Source: Selaginella moellendorffii (taxonomy: Eukaryota; Plantae; Lycopodiophyta). From it: a DNA stretch of 64,000 nt. Numbering within the stretch: the first letter of the stretch is position 1; each line of letters starts with the position of its first letter. The stretch lies in assembly GCF_000143415.4 (NCBI RefSeq), contig NW_003314334.1, forward strand, positions 389,614-453,613. Reading direction: 5' to 3'. Position numbers and translations under genes: made by a program. A model generated the notes under the pieces. It did no database searches, was not told the origin of the DNA, and was given only the letters and a program-made list of their open reading frames with translations. Below, in pieces: positions 1 to 11,300 of the stretch.

Positions 1-91
1 TGAGAGGGTGAAAGCCTAAAGCGTTCGTCTCCCAGACCCTGGGGGGTTTGGTGAACTCCAAAAGTATAGTAAGGGGGAGGACTGTAGTGGA

Positions 92-153
92 GCCAGTTTG
101 GCCAAGAAAGGCCAGTTTGGCCAGGAAAGGCCAGTTTGGCCCAGGAAGGCCAG
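92..153. repeat. 3 x 19-bp imperfect tandem repeat (gccagtttggccargaaag)
   Basis: Units start at 92, 111 and 130, with a partial unit at 149. Confidence 0.85.
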
Positions 154-1489
154 GCCCAGTGTTGGGTGATGAACTGACCACTAGGAAGTCCAAGACTAGA
201 ATGAATACGGACCAACAAGCGGGGTAGCTTGGTGAAGTGTTCAAGAGCCGGCTCTAGTTCCCCCGGGAGATCAACTAGCCGATGCTCCCAGTCCAAGTGT
301 GGGTGGCACTACCTACTTGGATACCTGGTGTGGCTCAATGGAACCTCGCTCTAAGCCCATGGCTAGAGCACTTAAAGGTGGAAGGTGGGGAGAGTACCCA
401 CGGGGCTCGCATAGGGCCATGGTGTTCCGAAATGTTGTCTCGAAGTCTCAAATAGGGGAAAGGAGGAGGAGCAGTCCTCTAATGTAGTGACTACGGATAT
501 GGTCACGTGGTGAGGAAGTCCCAGAGGACAATGGGACTTAGTGGCTAGGCCTGCGGGCCTTGATCTAGTGGCAGTATTGGTGAACATGGCCATGGATGGA
601 AAAGGGACTTGGCAGGAACTAACAAAGGGATATTGGGGAAGGCTATTCCCCATGTCTGTGGGCATCCTAAGGATGCTAAGGAGTGGATCTGGGATGACCA
701 CTCGTGGACAAATGGCCCAATCTTGGAGAGACAAGATTGTGATGCAAATGGTATTAGACCACCAGTGTGGCAAAGGTGAATGGGCATGGCCTTAGCGTAA
801 CAGGCCGATATGTCAGTGGTACCTTTGAGTGTCAGTCTTGGGACTGAACACGTGGAGCACTTGGACCAAGTGCAAGGGTTGAGTGGCATGGATGCCATTC
901 TCGGGACTAGCAAGTCCCAAGTCCTGAATTGGACTTAAGGAGGTTGTGAATGAGACTCCTCCAAGTGGTCAGAGGTGTGGTTAAGTGACTAAAGTAGAAT
1001 GGAAAATTTAGTCGCTTACAGATTACTTGAATCATTAAACTAATCCCTACAGTCTTAATTGATCCACTTATAATCATGTTTAGGAAGGATCCACTAGTGC
1101 CGTGCTAAACAGCTATGGACCAGCCTATTTGCCACTCATAACAAACCTAGGGAAGGTTTACTTTCACCCACAGTATATGAAACAACTCATGGATCCACCG
1201 ATAGACTAATATTAATCCTACTAACTCAAAGTGTAACCTTGAGTTGCTAATGTGCCTCACTCACAAGCCCAAGTGAAAACTTGTGCAAACGGAACAACTC
1301 AATCCATCTTATGAGCCCAAGAGCAAGCTCACATAATATAGAATAGAAGGTAACCAAATCCATACCCAAGGAACCATTGCAAAGCCTTTGCACCCAAACA
1401 TATACCCACTTGGATCATCATTTTCATCTCTACATATGCAACGAGACTAGTTGCCCAATCTCATTGAATAGTACTCACTGAGATTCTTT

Positions 1490-1500
1490 CTCTGATACCA
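1490..1500 (-). other. Primer binding site complementary to tRNA-iMet
   Basis: + strand ctctgatacca = TGGTATCAGAG on minus, 2 nt from the LTR end. Confidence 0.9.
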
Positions 1501-1502
1501 AA

Positions 1503-2400
1503 TGTAGCGCATGTGGTTTTTACCCTTCATTCTACCATAGGATAACCACAAAGCGGAACCTAACCCTCTTTGTGCCACATGACAAATGCCATATGTCACA
1601 TGCCACGTGTCTAAAGGACAATGGTGTGAAACTCGAGTTTCAAGGCCTTAAGCCACTGAATGAAGAAATGGAGCCAAACTCCTAAGTATGGAGCCAAGGA
1701 GTTGTAAGCTCCTGAGTTTGGACTTCCCGAGAGGTCACCCAGCCCAGTACTATTCAAACCCAAGGACGCTTAACCCCAAATATCCCAAGACCCTTAACCG
1801 ATTGGAAAAGGGGGTGCACTCTTGTTCATGGGCCCTTTCCCTCTATATTTGAACCCCATGGATCGTCTCTCAAGTCGTTCCCTTTGGTTGCTTACAGGAG
1901 TGTTGGAACTAGACCACGGAGCAACTCCTAAGTATACAACTTAAGGAGCAAAAGGACAAGAGCATGGAGTAACTTGGAATAGTCCTAGAGTATCCAACAT
2001 CCCAATGCTAAGACCAGCACGCAAAACGGAGCCAAATAGAGTTTGGCACTATTTTAGCATACCAATGGCCTAACACGAGGACATGGGTACTCCATCAGCT
2101 AGCATGGTATGGAGTTTGGGTTTAAACCTAAGTCGGATGCAAAACAAGGACAAGCACGCAAGTGAAAGCTAGACTATGCCTCAAGTTAGTCGGCCATGCC
2201 CAACCTACCCACTATCCCTCCTATATATTTGGAACCCCCCCCCCCCTGAGGAACACATGCTTTGGGCTTTCACCCCAAGCCACCCTTAGTACTAGGAGTT
2301 AGTCTTTAGAACAAGTTTGAAATTTACTAAATATGGAATGGCGCTAGAATGCGAATTTCAACATGGGACGAACACCATTATGTTCAGAACAATCTCTACA
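1503..2400 (-). repeat. Long terminal repeat (898 bp)
   Basis: Starts tgtagcg (1503) and ends ctctaca (2400), giving inverted termini TGTAG...CTACA. Adjacent to the PBS. The partner LTR is outside the window, so the 2400 boundary is inferred. Confidence 0.75.
1720..1774 (-). promoter_or_regulatory. 5S rRNA-derived Pol III internal control region (A-box, IE, C-box) inside the LTR
   Basis: Minus strand GTTAAGCGTCCTTGGGTTTGAATAGTACTGGGCTGGGTGACCTCTCGGGAAGTCC. 46/55 ungapped identity by hand to the plant 5S core as I recall it (GTTAAGCGTGCTTGGGCGAGAGTAGTACTAGGATGGGTGACCTCCTGGGAAGTCC). Confidence 0.85.
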
Positions 2401-2809
2401 TTCCATAGATATGCCAAATGAGTAAATTTAAACACTTTCCATAAATAGTATTTAGGACTAAATTGAGAAACACAAAGGGCATGATAGCAAGGGTGTTTGG
2501 CAGACACGATAAGCTATCATCTAGCGAATATTGAGGGACCAATTTTAATATCACGGGGATTTTTGATACTAGCAAGTGCAAGCCAATGACAAGAGTTTCT
2601 CAAACTAGGCCGAGTATGCTCAGCAAAAAACACATAGGGTTCCTACCTTATGTTCATCCGATTTAAGTGCACAATCAATGACTAATTTCTCAACTAGCTC
2701 AAGTGGGAACTAATAATAGGTTCAGCAATACCAACCTCCTGCCGTCGTAGCAATAAGGAAAGAGTGTTTGTAAGGACTGACCAACAAGCAACTTTCAATA
2801 CCCGAAGTC

Positions 2810-3560
2810 ACATTCGCGACAATTTACTTGATCGTTTGGGACAGAGTCGATGGTTCACCAAATTAGCTCTTGCATCAGAGTATTGGCAAGTATCAATGGC
2901 TGAGGAGAACATTTCTAAGACTGTTTTTCATGGTCATGCCATTTAGTTTGAATAATGCTTCAGTAATATTCTAGTAGATAATGGATGAAGTTCTTTGCAA
3001 TATGCCAAAGGTGACTACTAACTTCATTAATGATGTTTTGATCTATTTAGATAGGATATGAAAGGAACATATTGATGATGTATGCAAGGTGTTGAATCAA
3101 TTGCAAAAGGTTGGGTTAAAGTTGAAATAGTCTTGATTCCAAGGACACCACTTATTTTAGGTACTACATTTCGCTTGAGGTAATGCTAAAGTTTCCTAGA
3201 CCAAAGTGCGTGAATGATGTGTAGCAATTCCTTGGCAAGGTGTAATACCTTGATTGGTTCATAGATCATCTCTAATCATACTGCACCATTGCAGGCTTTA
3301 TTGGGAATCAAGCAGCCAAGGCAAGGGAGCTTCTGCAATTGAGCTTGCACATGCACAGCAAAACCGTGCATAGCACGTGTGTGCTCAGATCCAGCCCTGA
3401 CTTGACCTCGGCTACCCAACTCCTCCAACTCACACACTATCTCCCCCCCCCCCCCCCCCCCGTGGGACACTTTCCCATAGTCAACCATTGGCAATATATA
3501 TGTGATTATCACTTTTGACTACTTAATTCATTGGGTGGAAGTTTTTGCTCCTCTTAATGC
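2810..3560 (+). mobile_element. Degenerate Ty3/Gypsy pol remnants (RT, then an integrase piece)
   Basis: LLDRLGQSRWFTKLALASEYWQV..KTVF, then MPFSLNNAS..F**IMDEVL..FINDVLIY. Near 3500 an integrase-like VIITFDYLIHWVEVF. Stops and frameshifts throughout. Confidence 0.8.
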
Positions 3561-3925
3561 AAATATGACTTCTGTTGGATATTTCCTTCTCAACTAGGTA
3601 ATGTTCCATCTTACAGGCAAGAATAAGAATAGTGTTATAGAGTACCTAACTAAAATTGAAGAGTGGAAATATAGAATAATTTTGATGGTGTGGGCTGGAT
3701 TCTTCCATCCACTTTCTTGGTGATTGTCTTGAGGATAAATGACGCTACCATTAGTGCAAGGAGTGCAAGGTTGAGGTGCATAACACAGCAAAGTGTTTGA
3801 AGTTGCACCCAAAGCTTCGACATCAGCACCTTCAATGTATTCCACAGCATCCTCTTAAGTGGATGTTACCTCCACTTTCCTTCGCACCTGCTCGGCTTGC
3901 AGCTGAAAGAGAAAGATGGTGAGCA

Positions 3926-4023
3926 TCCTGAATCCAGCAGTAAGATGCCACCCGAGGACACTGCAGGGGGAATAAACTTCTCCACGAGCACTCTATCGAG
4001 AAGAGGAGAAAGCTTTGCAAGAG
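3926..4023 (-). pseudogene. CPN10: Chaperonin-10 (GroES-like) N-terminal fragment
   Basis: Translates LAKLSPLLDRVLVEKFIPPAVSSGGILLLDSG (PLxDRVLV...GGILL signature). Rest of the gene is absent. Confidence 0.75.
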
Positions 4024-4383
4024 CTGCTGAACTCCCCTGTTTTTAAGGGTTCTACATGCTATAAATGGCACCAATGTGATGGTATTGGTGGACTCTGGCT
4101 CAGCTATTTCCTCCGTTTAGCATTTAGTTGTTCAACATTTGGCCTTCTGTACTCGACCTTTGTATGGTACTTGCAGATTACCATCTCTCTCTCTCTCTCT
4201 CTCTCTCTCTATAAAGGAGTGAGTGATTGTGGTGGTAGGCACTCTTTGTTAACATGGATAACTATCTTCAAGGTCTTTTTACACTTTCTAACGATCCTGC
4301 GCCTGAAGTGAGAAAATTGGTTAGTACATCCGCTTGATTGTGACATTGAAACAATGAGTGATAGTTTCAGTTTTACATGCAAG

Positions 4384-4670
4384 GTGTGTGCAGTGCTCGT
4401 TCGTTTGTTGGAAATGGATGCAGAAATCCTCCGGGTAAGGTTATTTTAATTTTTCAGTTGTTTATACTAATTATTTTCTATGAAAAGAATATATGTCACA
4501 AGCAAACAATGATCGAGATCCAGAAGTAGCGTTAGGGTCATGTGAGTTCTGGTATGCTGCTGCATGGCTTTCGTGAGATACCTGAGGTGCTGTTTTTCTT
4601 AGGACGGCATTCTGTGAAGCACAGCTACCTTTGGAACTTTTAAGAGACGCCCTACCCCAACTAATTGGAG
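4384..4670 (+). pseudogene. TRN1: Transportin-1 internal fragment (3 exon pieces with introns)
   Basis: VCAVLVRLLEM.. / EYMSQANNDRDPEVALGSCEFW / TAFCEAQLPLELLRDALPQLI, matching the TRN1 EYMLQxNxDxDxEVALEACEFWSAYCDAQLP region. Pieces are separated by intron-like sequence. Confidence 0.75.
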
Positions 4671-4756
4671 TACGCTAGCTTATTAAAACTTTGTGTTTTT
4701 GCTGATAGCTTTTTCCAGGTCTACTCGAATAACAGGATGCAACACTCGTGGTAACT

Positions 4757-5132
4757 ATGAATGAAGAAATTGAGGAGATCAACCTCGCAGCACCAACAGA
4801 GGAACTGAGGAAACTAAAGATCACTAAGGTGTTGCCACGAGGATTCGCACTCCAACTTCTACATCGCTTCAAGGATGTGTTTGCCTGGACATACAATGAT
4901 TTAAAAGGAGTACCACCTGATCTCTGCACACATTTTATTGAGTTGACTCCTACTAGCACACCACGTAGACAAGCACTATACAGGATGAATCCAACCTTCA
5001 TGGCCAAGGTCAAGGAGGAGATCTACAAGCTACTACAAGTCTGATTCATCTACCCGATCAAGAACGTGCAGTGGCTATCACTCATCGTCATTGTCTTAAA
5101 AAAAAAAGGAAAACTGAGGATCTGCATGAATT
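4757..5132 (+). mobile_element. Gypsy (Tat/Athila-like) RT N-terminal fragment
   Basis: FKDVFAWTYNDLKGVPPDLCTHFIEL...RQALYRMNP..KVKEEIYKLL..FIYPI...W.S.IVIV.KK.GKLRICMNF, with an internal stop. Confidence 0.85.
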
Positions 5133-5270
5133 TTCCAAGGGTGGCCACTTCCGAGACACGGAATTCTGGTTCGGGGGACTGCTGAACCTGGGCCGCGGTG
5201 GTGCCAAGGCTAGCTGGTGACAGGTTTGGCGTGGGAGAATTTGTGCACGTTGACAAATACTTCATTTTGG

Positions 5271-5562
5271 AAGCATATTACTAAACGGAGGAAAAGAAAC
5301 TAACAAGGATTTCCCTAATAGTGGTGAACAAAATAGAAAAAGCCCAACTTGGAAATCAATGTGTTTTGTACACTGAATTGTAGTCTAGAGAAGGGTCCTT
5401 TGTAGTAGACCGGGTTTAAGTCCCTTGGAACGGGACGCCAGAAAGGGTGAGAGCCCTGTCTAGCCTGGACCCTGCTGCATCACGAGGCTCTTTCAGCAAG
5501 TTAGGCTGTTTGGGAATGCAGCCTTAAGTGGGTGGTAAATTCCATCCAAGGTTAAATACTGG
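5271..5562 (+). pseudogene. Degenerate 26S (LSU) rRNA 5' fragment
   Basis: gcatattactaaacggaggaaaagaaactaacaaggatt ... gggtgagagccc ... tgtttgggaatgcagcc ... ggtaaattccatccaaggttaaatac resembles the conserved LSU 5'/D1 region, with many transitions. Confidence 0.85.
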
Positions 5563-5658
5563 TTGAGCCTTTTACTGGAAAGCAATGGCCACTTGAAGAG
5601 TTTGAAGGAGCTCCCAAGTTACTGGTATGCTCTTCTTGAAGAATTCTAGAATTTTTGT

Positions 5659-5755
5659 AGCTATGGTTCCCGCTTACTCTTGCAATGGCTTGCTAGAGCA
5701 CGCAAAGAGAGTTTTTGACCTAATGCCACATCACAATGCTGTGGCGCTCAATTCA
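5659..5755 (+). pseudogene. Single PPR (S/SS-type) motif fragment
   Basis: AMVPAYSCNGLLEHAKRVFDLMPHHNAVALNS. Confidence 0.65.
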
Positions 5756-6199
5756 GATTGCTTGTAAATCTTCATATACGCTTGGCTAGTCAGCTACTTG
5801 GCTGAGAATCGCTGAGAAAAAATCGAGGCAGTGGCGGCGATCGAGCAGCGGGAAGAAGAAGAAAAATTACCGAAGAGGAGAAAAAAAATAAAATTGGTCA
5901 GAGGTCTTGCCAGAGGTGATGAAGCAGCAGCAAGTTCCAAGTATCTGGGATGCCCGGCAAGCACCAGTGGCTACAATCCTGCTTGTTCCGCAGAATTTAA
6001 AAATGTTTCTTAAAGTTTTCAATTTTCCGTATTTGTTAGTTGAAAACTTTAAGTCAAACCTTGTATTCCTCTCCCTTTTGTGGACAAAACTCATTCTTCT
6101 ACTGTCCAATCATATGGCTTATTGTATATTCAAACAGAAATACCTCAGCGATAGAAAAAATGAAAAAAGGTAAATTAGAAAAAAAAAAAAAAGGTGAAG

Positions 6200-7652
<1,453 letters not shown>

Positions 7653-8386
7653 TTCAAACACTGGTGGTTTTCACTCGTTGAGAACGTTTGAGAACGTTTG
7701 AGAGCTGACTTTGCAGTGACAAGAAGAAAACTGCGAGGCTTTTATACGCAGGAAAGCTCTCACAGGCTTGCGCGTGATGGAGCGGGCCTTCATTCGTTCA
7801 ACTCGTCTGGAGAGTGGGGACATGCATCATGGCCCATGCATGTATGACTTTTGCATCTAACCAACACAGCTCTGGATTCGCAACAATATCGCCACGCGAA
7901 CAATATCGTCTTGTGGGATTTTGTTTCTCAGTATCCCACGCACTCGTCCACTGGACGGAATGCTCACGCGTGCACAGATGGTGCCACTGCAAGGCACTTT
8001 TTACAAGCCTGGTTGATATTCCTGCTTCCACAACTATGGGTATGATAAAAGCTGACAAAGTACAAGACAGACCTTTGTTCCCCTGGGCCAGGATATGCTT
8101 TACATCCTCGCCTAAGATAGTGCTGTACCCGGCCACCTTTGATCGCTGTAAATTGGATTCGTACTTTAGTATAGACCTTTGAAGTGCAAAACTTTGTAAG
8201 CCTTTGCTTACCTGTGTTGAACTTGAGTTGCCACGAGATCGATAGAAAAGGGAAAACACCCACCGAATTGTTTTTAAAACAAAGGCCTTCATTTCTACGT
8301 AACGTTTCCTGCCCCCACGACACCGACGATCCCGATGTGTGGGAATAAAATAGTACCGAAATGATCTTTGATATCTCCTCCGAATA

Positions 8387-11300
8387 TTAGCCCGAGAAGT
8401 TAAATCTTTCCTGGAGGCCACACAAATAGGGGATGTACGCTTTCCTTACTTTCACCTACAGCGTACCTGTAGCAGTGACAACAGCTTTGGATGCTGCTCC
8501 AGAAGCATTGTAAGTCTTGTCTGATCCCTCAACAAGTCCTGAAAAAAAAGTGGTCAGCTCATGTTTCAGGCGACTTGGAATTTAGAAAAACACCTGTATC
8601 GATTCTGGAGATGCAAGTATCTGTTGAAGGACACTCCAGCTTTCATGCTGTGGCTGAGTTTGCACAGCTTGTTGTCCTTGATGCCGGTGGTAGCCAGCGT
8701 AGCCTTCCTGTGGAGTCCGCTGGATTTGCGAAAGTTGGTGTTGTAGATGGAAATGCTGTGAAAGTTGCTGCGGTGTTGGCAGAAAAGGTGGCTGTGGCGA
8801 TGGTGCAAATAATGGAGCCTGGGAATACACTTGATAACTTGGAGGAGGGACTGTACCGGAGCTTATACTCGTTGGCCCAGTGGATAAGTCGTTGGGCGAT
8901 TGTCCATCATAAGCGTTGGAGGTCGAGAAAATGGTCGCGCTGCCTTCATCGTCGTTTGATGTCTCTAGATCTCCTGGCTCCTCATCAACTTGAACAAAAG
9001 CTGACGGTGCATCTTCGGAAATCTCTTCCTTTTCAACGTGTTCTGCACGGGCGGAGTGAGGAGCTTCGGTTGTAGAAGTGCGCAAGCGCACAATCCGTTT
9101 GCTTAAGTCGTTCATCAAAAAAGGCTTCCTCTTTGGTGGCCGCAAGGTTGTGCCTGTGCCGATCACTTCAGCCGAAACCTCCCAACTAAAACGATCTCTG
9201 AACTTCTCAAGCATACTATGGGCGGGGATGCCCCGAGCAATGAAATCGTCGGTACTGCTGCTTCGGTGGACTTCAAGTTGTTTTTCCAGCTTTCCAGCCT
9301 TCAATTTCTCCAAAAGACTTTCCAGCTCAAGAGGCCTCTGTAGCAATCTCGAAAGCACCTGCAGTGCATGGACTGCCTAGAAAGAAAAAAGCAAGAAGAA
9401 AAAAGTGTCATATAAGTCCCTGGCAAATACGTACCTGTCGAGCACATTTACTGTCACCTGAGCCTTCGCCACTTTTTCTTCTCAGACAACTCATGAGATC
9501 TGAGATAGCTAGCAATGCAACTTGATCATCGGATGTACGCCTTCCAAACAACGTGTTGAGAGCTCCTATGCCAAGCGAGCTACCAGACACAACAGTTAGA
9601 AACATATGAAAATAAAAACTTTTACCTTTTTCCAGCAGCCGTCAATCTCAACGCTCCCACCGAAAAAGCACGAGCAATTTCAAGCAGCGTCGAGTCATGA
9701 GCACCTTCTACATTTAACGCAGCAGTTAGTCTTTGGCTTAACACCAATAGCGGTTCATCGTGTCGTTCAGCCATGTTATTTCTTGTGCCATCATCGGTAT
9801 CGTTCTCCAAGCTTGCTGTTAATTCACCCAGTTGTAGTTTAAGAAAAGCGACCTTTCCTAGCCGGTGAGAAGAAAACTCGTAAAACGCATGCATCAGAGT
9901 TATAAAGTCATATTCTAGTGGTAAGTCCTGTTATTAGACACGAAACATAAAAACATGAACAACAAATGTAAGGACGAATTAAAAACTACCTTTAATAGAC
10001 TCTTGAACGAGGAAATGATGTAGAGACAGTGCTCAAAACTCAGTACAGATTTGGAGTCACATATCGTCGTAAGACAAGTCAATAACGATCTTATGCAGTT
10101 TGAGGCTTCGTCTGTTCTGAAAGAGGAGAAGCTGAGAAGCGCTTGAAACAGAATTTTCAAAATCCCTTCCTGAAGGAGTACGACCTGAAAGTAATAAAAT
10201 GAAGTTCCAGTACCTTTGTCGTTATGTGCATACCTTTGAGGCAGGAAAGTTTGCAAGCTCGGTAACAAACTCTATGCAGCATAAAACCTGCGTAAAGGGA
10301 AAAACGCTATGAAGGAAGGGAAAAAACCAGAGAATAACTCACATGCAGAGCATCGGCATGTGACGAATGTGCTGCAGAAGACGTTCGTTCTTCTATATAT
10401 GTAAGAAGTGGACGCAACATTGCAGCTGAAAGTTTGGGGTCTACGCATGAGACTCGCACCACAACATGTTTTAGCAAGTCACGAAGAATCTCAGATGTCT
10501 GCACAAGTATGAAACAGTCAGAAACTGCAATAATAAATAGAATGTGCCTCACAGATAGAGCTAGTCGTGGTATTAAATCAGCGAAGTAGTGATAATGCGG
10601 TGCCAGGGCTTCGAGTAAAGCCTCTTTGAAGGGTGTCTGAGTGTGCCAGGTTACTTGTGGGATGACAGTTGTACCGAGCGTTACTTCCACTGAAAAATCC
10701 CAACAGCTACCAGTGTTGTCATCCAAAGGAAGTAGATTTCCCTGCAGGAACTAATATAAGAAAAGAGACAAAACCAGTGAAATACATACCAAAAGTATAA
10801 GAGAGCTACACGTCTCTACCGGGTTCAATGGCAAGTCAGAGCCAGTGACATATGAACGAAATATTCGTGGCGGGATCACCGGGTTCCATCCAAAAATGGG
10901 CCAAAAAGCCAAGACTGCTGCCAAAAGCCGAAGAACAGCTCGCATCTCCACTCCACCTGATTCCCGTGAGTAAGTGGGAACTAGCACTGACTTTCCACTG
11001 AAACGTAAACGCATCATACACACGGAACTAAAAGTAAAATCTTCCTGTACTTGTACGCACCTTATTGCAGCGTGCAATCTTAGAAGTAGCATCACAAGCT
11101 TCGTATTGTGATATTGCCGTCGCTCAAGCTGAAGATCATGATAAGTTAGGAAAATAAAAAATAAAAAATATCGATCTATAGATACCTCAAGCCTCTGAAA
11201 CAATGTTGAAAGAAGTAAGAGCGTAGGTACAAGAAGCTTCACGACGGACGTAAGTATCGAAGACGCTGCCAAATCATCATCCTCAAAGTCATCTGAAGGT

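Larger units (their letters stand above)
1..2400 (-). mobile_element. LTR retrotransposon, 5' part (5' LTR, PBS and at least 1.5 kb of internal region; continues beyond the left edge)
   Basis: On the minus strand, LTR end ...CTACA, 2-nt spacer, then TGGTATCAGAG (PBS). No clear gag/pol motif in 1-1489. Confidence 0.8.

Noticed and set aside
92-153. CRISPR-like array
   Set aside because: Head-to-tail repeats without spacers, in a eukaryotic TE context.
1720-1774. Functional 5S rRNA gene
   Set aside because: Only the 55-nt internal core matches. There are no 5S termini, and it is embedded in an LTR.
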